64,000 nt of DNA from a virus, in the IMG/VR virus record IMGVR_UViG_3300022689_000116, positions 16,710 through 80,709 of that record; one strand, 5' to 3'. The notes under the pieces were generated by a model. It did not search any database, was not told the DNA's origin, and worked only from the letters and a program-made list of their open reading frames with translations. How positions within the stretch are numbered: the first letter of the stretch is position 1; every line of letters begins with the position of its first letter. This document shows positions 56,107-64,000 of this stretch, in pieces. Made by a program: the position numbers and the translations under genes.

Positions 56107-57579
56107 ATGATACGTACTGTTAATGAAGGCAAATTTGATGCACAAGCTTATACTAATGAAAATTCATTATATAAACTCATGCTTACTAAACCTGATATGG
56201 TTAGTAAAAAATTGACTTACCATTTGGGTAATGATTCCTCTAAATTTCCGCTTACTTTTATGACACAAGCTCAGGGTAAAACAGCTATGCACGAAACTAA
56301 TGATGTTGAATATACTTTACCTGTTATGGGTAGGTTAGTATTTACTGAATCTGTTAGTTATAATCAATATACTGCCGGAACTGAAAAACCTGGTCTTGGT
56401 CATGCTCCTTTTGAAATTTATTTTAAAACTAATCGTATTCCTGTAACTTATGGTGTTACTTTTAGAGATGGTAGTAGAGCTAGGATTATGACAAAAGGTG
56501 AATTTGTTGAAGGTCGTGGATATAAGTATCTTGCTCAAATGAAGACTACAGACCCTACTGCTTATTGTGCCCTTACTAACCTTGCTGCTGGAACGGTTGT
56601 TGCTATGACTGCTCCTACTACTTCTGAATCTCTTTCTAGAGGTAATAAGAGTGTTGTTCAAGGACCTGGTAAATTAGCTAATCAGATTAGTTTTAACAGA
56701 TATACTAAAGCTATTGCTGGTAACCTTGCTAATAAAGTTACTGAAATTGAATTTGAAACTAAAAGTGGTGGTACTACTACTCGTTGGATAAACGAAGAAA
56801 TGCGTCAGTTCGAGATTACCATGCGACAACTTAATGAAGAACATCATTGGGAAAGTGAATATAACAGACGTGCTGATGGTTCGCTTGTTATGAGAGATTA
56901 TGATTCTGATGAACTCGTTCCTGAAGGTGCCGGTGTTATTCAACAAGTAAAAGAGTCTAATTATGATACTTATGGGTATAACCTTACTTACGGTAAGATT
57001 AAAAATACTATCGGTGATGTAACTGATGGTGACCCTGATACTGGTAACATGGAGATTGTTCTTTATGGTGGTCGTGGTTTCTTGGATGATTTTGATATTG
57101 CTATGAAACAAGATGCTTCCGACAATGGTTGGGCATTAGCCGTTGGTGATCAAATCGTTGATTCTAAGAATGGTGGTTTAGCTTATGGTAAGTATTTTAC
57201 TCAGTATAGAGATATTACTGGAAATACTATTACTGCTAAACTTGTGAATTTATTTGATCATGGTTCTATTGCAGAAGCTCAACGTGCAAATGGTGATCTT
57301 CATCCTAGAACTGGCAGACCTATTTATTCTCATACTGGTTTGTTCCTTGATCAATCACTTTATGGTGGAGAAAGAAATGTTCTTTATGTTAATCAAAAAG
57401 GACAAAAAGAAATAACTGGTGTTTATAAAGGTATGGCTCCTATACCTGAATCATGGGCTTCTGCTGTTGGTAATTTCATTTCTACTGACGAAGATAAATC
57501 CACTTATGAAAAGAAATATTCTAGTGGTATTGGAATCCGTGTTATCAAACATTGTTTCATGTTACAAGCTTCTCTATAA
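56107..57579 (+). CDS. Major capsid protein
   Basis: 490 aa in the crAss gene order. FPLTF, GAGV and YGGRGF...FD..M motifs. Confidence 0.9.
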   Translation: MIRTVNEGKFDAQAYTNENSLYKLMLTKPDMVSKKLTYHLGNDSSKFPLTFMTQAQGKTAMHETNDVEYTLPVMGRLVFTESVSYNQYTAGTEKPGLGHAPFEIYFKTNRIPVTYGVTFRDGSRARIMTKGEFVEGRGYKYLAQMKTTDPTAYCALTNLAAGTVVAMTAPTTSESLSRGNKSVVQGPGKLANQISFNRYTKAIAGNLANKVTEIEFETKSGGTTTRWINEEMRQFEITMRQLNEEHHWESEYNRRADGSLVMRDYDSDELVPEGAGVIQQVKESNYDTYGYNLTYGKIKNTIGDVTDGDPDTGNMEIVLYGGRGFLDDFDIAMKQDASDNGWALAVGDQIVDSKNGGLAYGKYFTQYRDITGNTITAKLVNLFDHGSIAEAQRANGDLHPRTGRPIYSHTGLFLDQSLYGGERNVLYVNQKGQKEITGVYKGMAPIPESWASAVGNFISTDEDKSTYEKKYSSGIGIRVIKHCFMLQASL

Positions 57580-57645
57580 TTAGTGAAGTTTATAATAATT
57601 AAAAAAGTAAAGTATAAAAGAATTAAACTTATAAACTAAATAATC

Positions 57646-58626
57646 ATGTCATACGAAATAAAAAAGCCGTTAAAGATTTTTCTTAAAGATAATCTTAGTG
57701 AATTTGGAGTTAAGAACTATGCTGTTCTTGGCGATGGTAGAAACAAAATTGGAAGTTCTATAAATGCTGTTAGGGTTATTACTTCTTCTGCTGAGGAACA
57801 AAAAGCACTTATGCCTTATGTTATAGGTATTAGTGCTTCCTCTCCAGATTGGAATAAAAGAATAACTGATTATTGGAATGGCATTTCAGTTTTTGTTCCT
57901 AGTAAAGGATTAGAATTAGAGGTAGGTTATGTTTATGATCTTGCTAATTCTGATTGTAAGAAGTACATTGATACTCTTAAAGGTGTTGATGGAAAACTTA
58001 AGGAATTTAAGACTGATGAAGCACTTGCTGAATATGTTGAAGCTAATATTCCTGAGAATGAAAAATGGAAATACGGCAGACCTATTAATACTGCTGATTA
58101 TATGTTGTGGAGGTATTGTCTTAACTACAGGGATGTAGCTAATGATTCTACTGTTGCTAATAAATCACCTAAGATCAGATTTTATATATTTGATGAAACT
58201 ACTGTTAAACAGCAAAAAGATAAACAATTTAAAGATCGTCTTGCTGCTGGTTCTCTATATTACAAAATTGTTGAGAATATTGATAAAGTTGTTGAATATA
58301 TTTATTACTGTGATAGGGGTCATGAAATTCAACTTATGGACAAAAATGGTAAAGTTCAAGTCCTTGAGAATATTTGGCAATCGAATCCTAATGCTCTTCT
58401 TGAAGCTAGTAAAGATACACAACGTAAAGATAAAGCTTTTATTAAAGAATGTATTGTTAAAGGAATACTTCGTAAACTGCCTCATACTAGTATAATTGTT
58501 GATTCAGAAGATAATAAAGAAATTGGTGGTAGCATCGAGGATGCAATAGCCTTTTTAAACTCTGAAACTAATAAGATGGTTAGGAATAGTATTGAGGGTA
58601 GATTAAGAGGACTTTCCGTAAAATAA
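57646..58626 (+). CDS. Conserved crAss-like capsid-module protein
   Basis: Immediately after the MCP. KIGSS, PIN..DY..W.YC...DVA and IRFY. Confidence 0.7.
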   Translation: MSYEIKKPLKIFLKDNLSEFGVKNYAVLGDGRNKIGSSINAVRVITSSAEEQKALMPYVIGISASSPDWNKRITDYWNGISVFVPSKGLELEVGYVYDLANSDCKKYIDTLKGVDGKLKEFKTDEALAEYVEANIPENEKWKYGRPINTADYMLWRYCLNYRDVANDSTVANKSPKIRFYIFDETTVKQQKDKQFKDRLAAGSLYYKIVENIDKVVEYIYYCDRGHEIQLMDKNGKVQVLENIWQSNPNALLEASKDTQRKDKAFIKECIVKGILRKLPHTSIIVDSEDNKEIGGSIEDAIAFLNSETNKMVRNSIEGRLRGLSVK

Positions 58627-58632
58627 GAAACC

Positions 58633-59889
58633 ATGTATAATACTGCTAAAGAATTACATATTGCTTTAGATATTGGATTTCAAAATCTAAATTCTAATAG
58701 AAAGCTTCAACTCAAACCTCATGAAAAGGATTGGGTACTTAATGAAACTATGCTTGAACTTATTAGTAATAAAATCAACCCAAACAAAAGGATTTCTAAT
58801 GTTGGTTTTGAGGATACTTTTAAGAGAATTGATGAACTTGAAAGTCTAAAGGTTAATTATGATGGAGCTAACTATTTAAAAGCCATACGTAATAACCTTA
58901 CTGGTGATAAATTCATTAGTAGTATTTTACCACATGATTATTTTAGGATGATTAGTTGTAGATCACTACTTAATTATTACAATGGTGTTTCTACTAAAAA
59001 AGTTATTAAATATACCACTAATGATAGATATAAAATCTTCATTATTCATTTTCCGCACCTTACTGATTCTTTTTATGATAAGTTAAAAATTTATTTTAGT
59101 GATGGTGCAGGTTCTGAAAAAGTAGTATTTGACAGTACTGCATCTGGTGTTGCTGACTTATTTGATGAACGTCAAACATTTGATGCTACTTATGATCATA
59201 AATATTATGATTATGGAACTTTGAAAAGTGATGAAGCTAGATTTGTAATTATCAAATCTATATTGGATAGTTTTAATTCTATTGTTATTAATGGTGTTAA
59301 TGTAACTCCTGCTAAGTGGGAACATTATGCTAGATATTCTAGAAAAGATCATTTTGTTGTGATTGTTGATGAAACTAAATATGAGGAACTTTATTCTGAA
59401 TTACCTGTTGAATTAATTATTGATTCTGATACTGATGAAGCTGGTGATTATAAAGTAACTTGTACTAGAGAAACCGGATTGTTTGAATTTTTTAATGAAG
59501 ATGATATTAACGATAACTATTCTTTAACGGAGAAAGCATTGTATAATGCTACAACTTTCAACTCTGTTAAAAATAGAATTGTTAAATCTAGTGAAGTTGA
59601 TGATTTACTTGATCATTCTTTTGGTAAAACTAAATACAATTCTCCGTTATCTGTTATAAGAAATGGAGAAATAGTTACTTATTTTGATGATACATTTGAA
59701 ATTAAAGGAACACTTATAGAGTACTATAGAAAACCTAAGCTTATTGATCACATGATTAATTTTGGTTGTGAGATTGATAGTGATGATTTTAAGTTAGAAC
59801 TTGTAAGTAAAGCTATTCAAAAAATATCATCCCGTATTGATGATAATAACTATCAAAAGATAGTTAATGAAAACTTGTTATTAACATAA
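58633..59889 (+). CDS. Tail/neck ring (tubular) protein with central insertion
   Basis: E.D..LN, GFE...KRIDEL..L, LP.DY, Y.RKP and ELV..A. Confidence 0.65.
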   Translation: MYNTAKELHIALDIGFQNLNSNRKLQLKPHEKDWVLNETMLELISNKINPNKRISNVGFEDTFKRIDELESLKVNYDGANYLKAIRNNLTGDKFISSILPHDYFRMISCRSLLNYYNGVSTKKVIKYTTNDRYKIFIIHFPHLTDSFYDKLKIYFSDGAGSEKVVFDSTASGVADLFDERQTFDATYDHKYYDYGTLKSDEARFVIIKSILDSFNSIVINGVNVTPAKWEHYARYSRKDHFVVIVDETKYEELYSELPVELIIDSDTDEAGDYKVTCTRETGLFEFFNEDDINDNYSLTEKALYNATTFNSVKNRIVKSSEVDDLLDHSFGKTKYNSPLSVIRNGEIVTYFDDTFEIKGTLIEYYRKPKLIDHMINFGCEIDSDDFKLELVSKAIQKISSRIDDNNYQKIVNENLLLT

Positions 59890-59918
59890 TTTATTAATTT
59901 TTTAAAATCTTATATAAA

Positions 59919-60869
59919 ATGTATAATCTTATTATAAATAAAAATGATGCCAATTATGGCGAAGATGCTTCTGGTGATCTTATTGCAACTATTGCCGCTG
60001 TAGATGATTTGGCTGAAGGTGCTTTTCTTGCTGCTTTTCCTAATGGGGTAATAATTGATAGAGATGGGGCAGTTCCAGATTTGGATGATGTTGCTGATCA
60101 AAAAGAAGTTGTAGTTTACACAAAAGAGAATGGTCTTTTACGTAGTGTAACTATTCCTACTGGAACAGCTAAAAGAACTGCTAAATTTAGTAATGCTGCT
60201 GTTACTAACGTTGTAACCATTACTGCTACACTTCCTACTTCTCATGATGATGTTCTTCATTCAGGTCTTATTGTAATTGATGCTGATAAAATGTATGTTG
60301 ATCCTTCTGCTAAGAAACGTTATGAAGTTCTTGTTGATGGTGATACTCTTTCTACTCATGCTGCAAGTGAAACTGCTGCAAGTCTTTTAGCAACTGAATT
60401 AGGTAAACATCCAAAGATTGCTACAGCTACTGCTGTTAAAACTACAGGTGTAATAACTATTACAATGGTTGCTGGTGCTAATCTTAATTTTGTAGGAACT
60501 GGTTATTTTGAAGGTAAAACTATTACTACTAGTGCAGCTCTTGAGTTTGCTAATACTTTGAGTGCTGCTGAAATGGTTGCTTTTGAGAAAGAAGGACAGA
60601 TTAGGGAAGGTAATACTCAAAAGGCTATGTTTGGTGGAGATGAAGATATGTTTACTAAGACTTCTATGATTGAAAGTGGGGAAACTTATACCATTTATGG
60701 TATTAAGTATGATTCTAATCTTCAATCTAGCCTTGGAGCAAATAAACCAAATGAACAATTACTACTTATTGCAAGTTGTAATGCAACACCTGCTGATGAT
60801 GAAGGTGATACTGGTACTTGGGCTGACTTGATAGATGCTATTTGCGGGGATGTATCCGAAGCTGCTTAA
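59919..60869 (+). CDS. Structural protein (auxiliary capsid/decoration-like)
   Basis: Ala/Thr-rich and acidic, followed by a terminator. Confidence 0.55.
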   Translation: MYNLIINKNDANYGEDASGDLIATIAAVDDLAEGAFLAAFPNGVIIDRDGAVPDLDDVADQKEVVVYTKENGLLRSVTIPTGTAKRTAKFSNAAVTNVVTITATLPTSHDDVLHSGLIVIDADKMYVDPSAKKRYEVLVDGDTLSTHAASETAASLLATELGKHPKIATATAVKTTGVITITMVAGANLNFVGTGYFEGKTITTSAALEFANTLSAAEMVAFEKEGQIREGNTQKAMFGGDEDMFTKTSMIESGETYTIYGIKYDSNLQSSLGANKPNEQLLLIASCNATPADDEGDTGTWADLIDAICGDVSEAA

Positions 60870-60887
60870 TATAGTTCTCCAAATAAT

Positions 60888-60916
60888 AAACCCCTTCACA
60901 ATGGAGGGGTTTTTTT
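60888..60916 (+). terminator. Intrinsic terminator
   Basis: AAACCCCTTCA-caa-TGGAGGGGTTT followed by a T run. Confidence 0.85.
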
Positions 60917-60930
60917 AAACCTTTCTATCA

Positions 60931-61569
60931 ATGATATTATTACAACTTATTTCCGGTGATATTAAAGAACTTTTACAAGAACTTCCTTTATTAAAGTTTA
61001 TAATAGTATTAATTGTTCTATTTGTCATTCCTTCTTTTATTTATCTTATTACAGTTATAATTAAAAATAAAAATATTAAAGAACTTACTTCTTCTATAAA
61101 AGATATGATGGTTGAGTTCAAAGATTATAATAAAGACTTATTAGAAAAACTTGATTATCTTTATAAGGGTGTTTATGATGAATCTACTATTGATCAAGTA
61201 TTTATTGTTTTTGATTCTAGTCTTATTGTTAATTTACATGTACTAATAAAACTTACTAAAAGAACTATAATTTATAATAACTTACACGATAAAGAACTCA
61301 CACTTAAAAATATAGAGGGTAGAGTTAATGGTGTATTTAATGATACTATTTTAAAACTAAATTCTTTTAAATATAAGAATAGACCTATTTCTTCATTTTT
61401 TGAAAATAATTGGACTAATACTGTAATAACTGCAATTTATAACTATGTTTATGATGATAGTTTAAAAGTTGATGATACTACCTATAACTATGATATTCTT
61501 TATATCAAATTAAATGATATATTTAAGAATATAAAATATGAATTTTATAATAACGTAAATAAAGCTTAA
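60931..61569 (+). CDS. Single-TM membrane protein (holin/antiholin-like)
   Basis: N-terminal TM FIIVLIVLFVIPSFIYLITVII followed by a helical soluble domain. Confidence 0.55.
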   Translation: MILLQLISGDIKELLQELPLLKFIIVLIVLFVIPSFIYLITVIIKNKNIKELTSSIKDMMVEFKDYNKDLLEKLDYLYKGVYDESTIDQVFIVFDSSLIVNLHVLIKLTKRTIIYNNLHDKELTLKNIEGRVNGVFNDTILKLNSFKYKNRPISSFFENNWTNTVITAIYNYVYDDSLKVDDTTYNYDILYIKLNDIFKNIKYEFYNNVNKA

Positions 61570-61573
61570 AGAT

Positions 61574-62245
61574 ATGATATATTTATCATTAAATAAATTT
61601 CCAATAGGAAATAATAAGGGTTATGTTTTTACAGATGCTACACTTCAATTCGATGATGAAGGACTACTTTCTGGTTGGGGAGGTGCTGTTCTTGATTTTG
61701 ATAATTTTACATATGACGGTGATCGCATACAGTACGATGTTCTATTTGAAGGTACTTTTAAAACTCCTACAGAAACTAAAGAATTTAGTTTTAGTTTACC
61801 TGATAATTATATTTTTGGTACTACTGCAGTCCCAATAGTTTCTCAGTCTGAAATTACCTTTTGCTTAGTAATGGATAGTACTGGTGAATTAAGTATTATA
61901 AAAACTGAAGATTATGATGCTAGTAATTATGTAGAATTTCCAGATGGAATACTCGATTATACTTATAAAGTATTAAATGGAGGTTCTTATGATGATTCCG
62001 AAGCTTTTACAGAACGATTAGCTATACTTGATAAAGTTAATTCTATAATTAATAGCAAGGTTATTAATTTAGATCTTAAATTCTTTTCGGATAACTATGA
62101 TATCAATAGTCTTTTAGATTTACTTATAATGGATGGTTTAAATATTGCCATAACTAAATCTGCTGAAAATGCTTCTAATGATACGGCAACTCTTAAAATG
62201 ATTGAAGCTATTACTAATACAGCAAATGAATACTATGTTGATTAA
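61574..62245 (+). CDS. Putative tail structural protein
   Basis: Acidic beta-rich N-terminus containing FPDG..Y.Y, in the tail region. Confidence 0.55.
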   Translation: MIYLSLNKFPIGNNKGYVFTDATLQFDDEGLLSGWGGAVLDFDNFTYDGDRIQYDVLFEGTFKTPTETKEFSFSLPDNYIFGTTAVPIVSQSEITFCLVMDSTGELSIIKTEDYDASNYVEFPDGILDYTYKVLNGGSYDDSEAFTERLAILDKVNSIINSKVINLDLKFFSDNYDINSLLDLLIMDGLNIAITKSAENASNDTATLKMIEAITNTANEYYVD

Positions 62246-62326
62246 TGACTGTTGTAATCCTTCTATTCTACAGGGAAACTGAAAATGATTAAAAAAAACT
62301 TTTGAAATTGATCATTTAATTTACTT

Positions 62327-62358
62327 TATATTTGTATAAATTCGTATATTTGATTTCA
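62327..62358 (+). promoter_or_regulatory. Tandem TATATTTG (-7 element) promoter candidates
   Basis: TATATTTG at 62327 and 62345. The second extends to TATATTTGATTTCA, identical to the promoter at 39537-39550 (-). The -33 spacing is imperfect. Confidence 0.45.
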
Positions 62359-62403
62359 GTATTTAATTAATAATATTGTATCTTATATTATAAATAAAAC
62401 AAC

Positions 62404-62856
62404 ATGGATTATTTACTGTATGAACTGCATAATTTTAGAAGTAATATTGACACTGCTTATTTAAGTTATTGTGAAAAATATATTTCTAAGTCTAATTTTG
62501 GTTTAGTAAATCTTTATGATAAGGTTAATTTTTTATTATTAAAGAAATTAGTAAATTATTTTGATACTCTTATTTTGTATGATAATACTCGTAATAACTA
62601 TTATCCTGATTATGGTAGTTATGATCCTATTTTAGAAAGGTACATTCCAGATTATTTTAAATATGAACTTGGAGAGTTTTTTAAGGCTGGAGAAAATGGT
62701 TATGTTATGTTAGGTAATGAAGTTGATTATAGTAGTGTTGGTGATGTTCCGTATATCGCCCTTGCTGTTCCTACATATAATGAAACTGAAATAAAACTTG
62801 CTATTGATAGAATTAATTATATTTTAAAAACGAATTATAATATTAGTTTTAATTAA
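62404..62856 (+). CDS. Hypothetical (tail region) protein
   Basis: 150 aa, co-oriented. Confidence 0.65.
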   Translation: MDYLLYELHNFRSNIDTAYLSYCEKYISKSNFGLVNLYDKVNFLLLKKLVNYFDTLILYDNTRNNYYPDYGSYDPILERYIPDYFKYELGEFFKAGENGYVMLGNEVDYSSVGDVPYIALAVPTYNETEIKLAIDRINYILKTNYNISFN

Positions 62857-62870
62857 TTAAAAGATAAAAA

Positions 62871-63179
62871 ATGGATAAATTTAATAGACTTTTAGAAGCA
62901 CTTTATACAATGTATGGTGGTTCAGGTAGAACTAAAATTGTAGATTCTGCCGTTGCTAGTGGTACTTTAGAAGGTGCTATTGCAAGTATTGAAATACGTG
63001 AAGATGGTGCTATTATTAGTCATCTTTATGAACCGGATAATACTGAAAATTTAGTTACTGATATGGGCATTGATGGTGTTGAATTAGTAAAAGGTATTGA
63101 TACTCTTACCAATGGTAAAAAAGGATTTAGTAAAGTAATATGTACCGCAGGAACTCTTAAAGTAAACATGAAATCTTAA
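62871..63179 (+). CDS. Small putative structural protein
   Basis: 102 aa, beta-rich. Confidence 0.6.
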   Translation: MDKFNRLLEALYTMYGGSGRTKIVDSAVASGTLEGAIASIEIREDGAIISHLYEPDNTENLVTDMGIDGVELVKGIDTLTNGKKGFSKVICTAGTLKVNMKS

Positions 63180-63183
63180 AGTT

Positions 63184-64000
63184 ATGGGTTTAGTACAAGG
63201 TGTTGGAAGTGCTATGGTTTTTAAGAAATACTCAGGTTATTCATTACCTCAAAGTATTCTTGACAAAGCACTTTTTTTATGGACTGGAAAGCAAGGTGTA
63301 GATACTCTTATTAGTGATCTTGATGAAAGTGATGTTATCACAGTTGTCAATAGAGATTTTACTACTAGGAGTATTCCTGATACATCTACTGCTTTTTTTA
63401 ATGCACCTGATACTACAGAGTTTAATGATTCTGATGATGATAAGCTATGGTTTGATTTTGGCTCTGTTATAAATGTTCAAGTTGATGATCTTATCAATTT
63501 TGATTATGAAAGAACTATAATTAAATATAGTAATATAGCACCTTATCGTATATATTGGATAATGATTCTTAAAGATGGTGAAGTATTAACTGAAGATGAA
63601 CTTGCTATAATCCATAGAGAATTTAAACTTTGGATGTATTGGAGTGGACTTGATAATCCTATGAATGATAATGGTTATCTCAAGGATAATCGTTATATAG
63701 ATGGCTCTCCTTATTTACCTTCTTCTATTCTTAGAAGATTAACTGGTTTATGGTATAATGAAGATAATACTGAAACTGAAGCTGTCAATAAAATAGGTGA
63801 TCAGGATAGGGTTGCTGCTGGTGGTGAAGTATTTCCTGGAAGGGCTCATGTTTATAACGGTGTTGATCAACATGCTCAACAAACTACTTATACTGGCGAT
63901 TTGAATGTTTCTTCTGCTACTATTGATTTTTGTTTAGGTGCTCATATTAAAACAGGTAGTGATATTTCTTCATCCCAACTACTAATGGGTAAACAAAGTG
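63184..64000 (+). CDS. Putative tail fibre/receptor-binding protein, 3'-truncated (not in ORF track)
   Basis: The ATG at 63184 (MGLVQGVGSAMVFKKY...) is open to the window end. It ends in a LamG/ConA-like start (YNGVDQH...IDFCLGAHIKT). Confidence 0.65.
   Translation, partial: MGLVQGVGSAMVFKKYSGYSLPQSILDKALFLWTGKQGVDTLISDLDESDVITVVNRDFTTRSIPDTSTAFFNAPDTTEFNDSDDDKLWFDFGSVINVQVDDLINFDYERTIIKYSNIAPYRIYWIMILKDGEVLTEDELAIIHREFKLWMYWSGLDNPMNDNGYLKDNRYIDGSPYLPSSILRRLTGLWYNEDNTETEAVNKIGDQDRVAAGGEVFPGRAHVYNGVDQHAQQTTYTGDLNVSSATIDFCLGAHIKTGSDISSSQLLMGKQS

Noticed and set aside
29196-57579. Introns or inteins in polB, terL, portal or MCP
   Set aside because: The ORFs are continuous and of ordinary length, with no intein termini or homing endonuclease ORFs seen.
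1-64000. Stop-codon reassignment (TAG or TGA), common in some Crassvirales
   Set aside because: All hallmark genes are intact in the standard code. TGA and TAG both terminate genes at packed junctions (e.g. 18442, 49800).
60931-64000. Diversity-generating retroelement or invertible tail-fibre cassette
   Set aside because: No reverse transcriptase, recombinase or template/variable repeat pair is visible in this window.

Overview
This is an AT-rich window of a crAss-like bacteriophage genome (order Crassvirales, probable Bacteroidota host), read in the standard code. It has three blocks. (1) 1-17.2 kb, + strand: a 5'-truncated giant virion RNA polymerase polyprotein (double-psi DFDVD motif, C-terminal zincin) and a second large virion cargo protein. 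(2) 17.4-42.6 kb, - strand: replication, recombination and nucleotide-metabolism genes (dUTPase, DUF932, Gp157, dNMP kinase, DUF550-like, DEDDh exonuclease, ATP ligase, primase, annealase, degenerate SF2 helicase, PolB, UDG-like, RecD/Dda helicase). Its upstream part is a cluster of small accessory genes and a structured, largely non-coding 38.2-41.6 kb region with a Bacteroidota-type promoter. (3) 43-64 kb, + strand: IHF-like, nuclease, phosphatase, lysis genes, terminase, portal, scaffold, major capsid and tail genes. The most notable unexplained signals are: a ~22-bp dispersed DNA motif (YYTTCTAWTCTACMGGGAAATYG) seen at about 12 sites on both strands, mostly inside genes; only two cysteines in about 5,700 residues of the two cargo proteins, placed at their adjoining termini; ~10-11 bp-periodic DNA segments resembling gyrase sites; and a degenerate macro-like domain inserted in the RNA polymerase. 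All family calls come from motif recognition by eye, with no database search.
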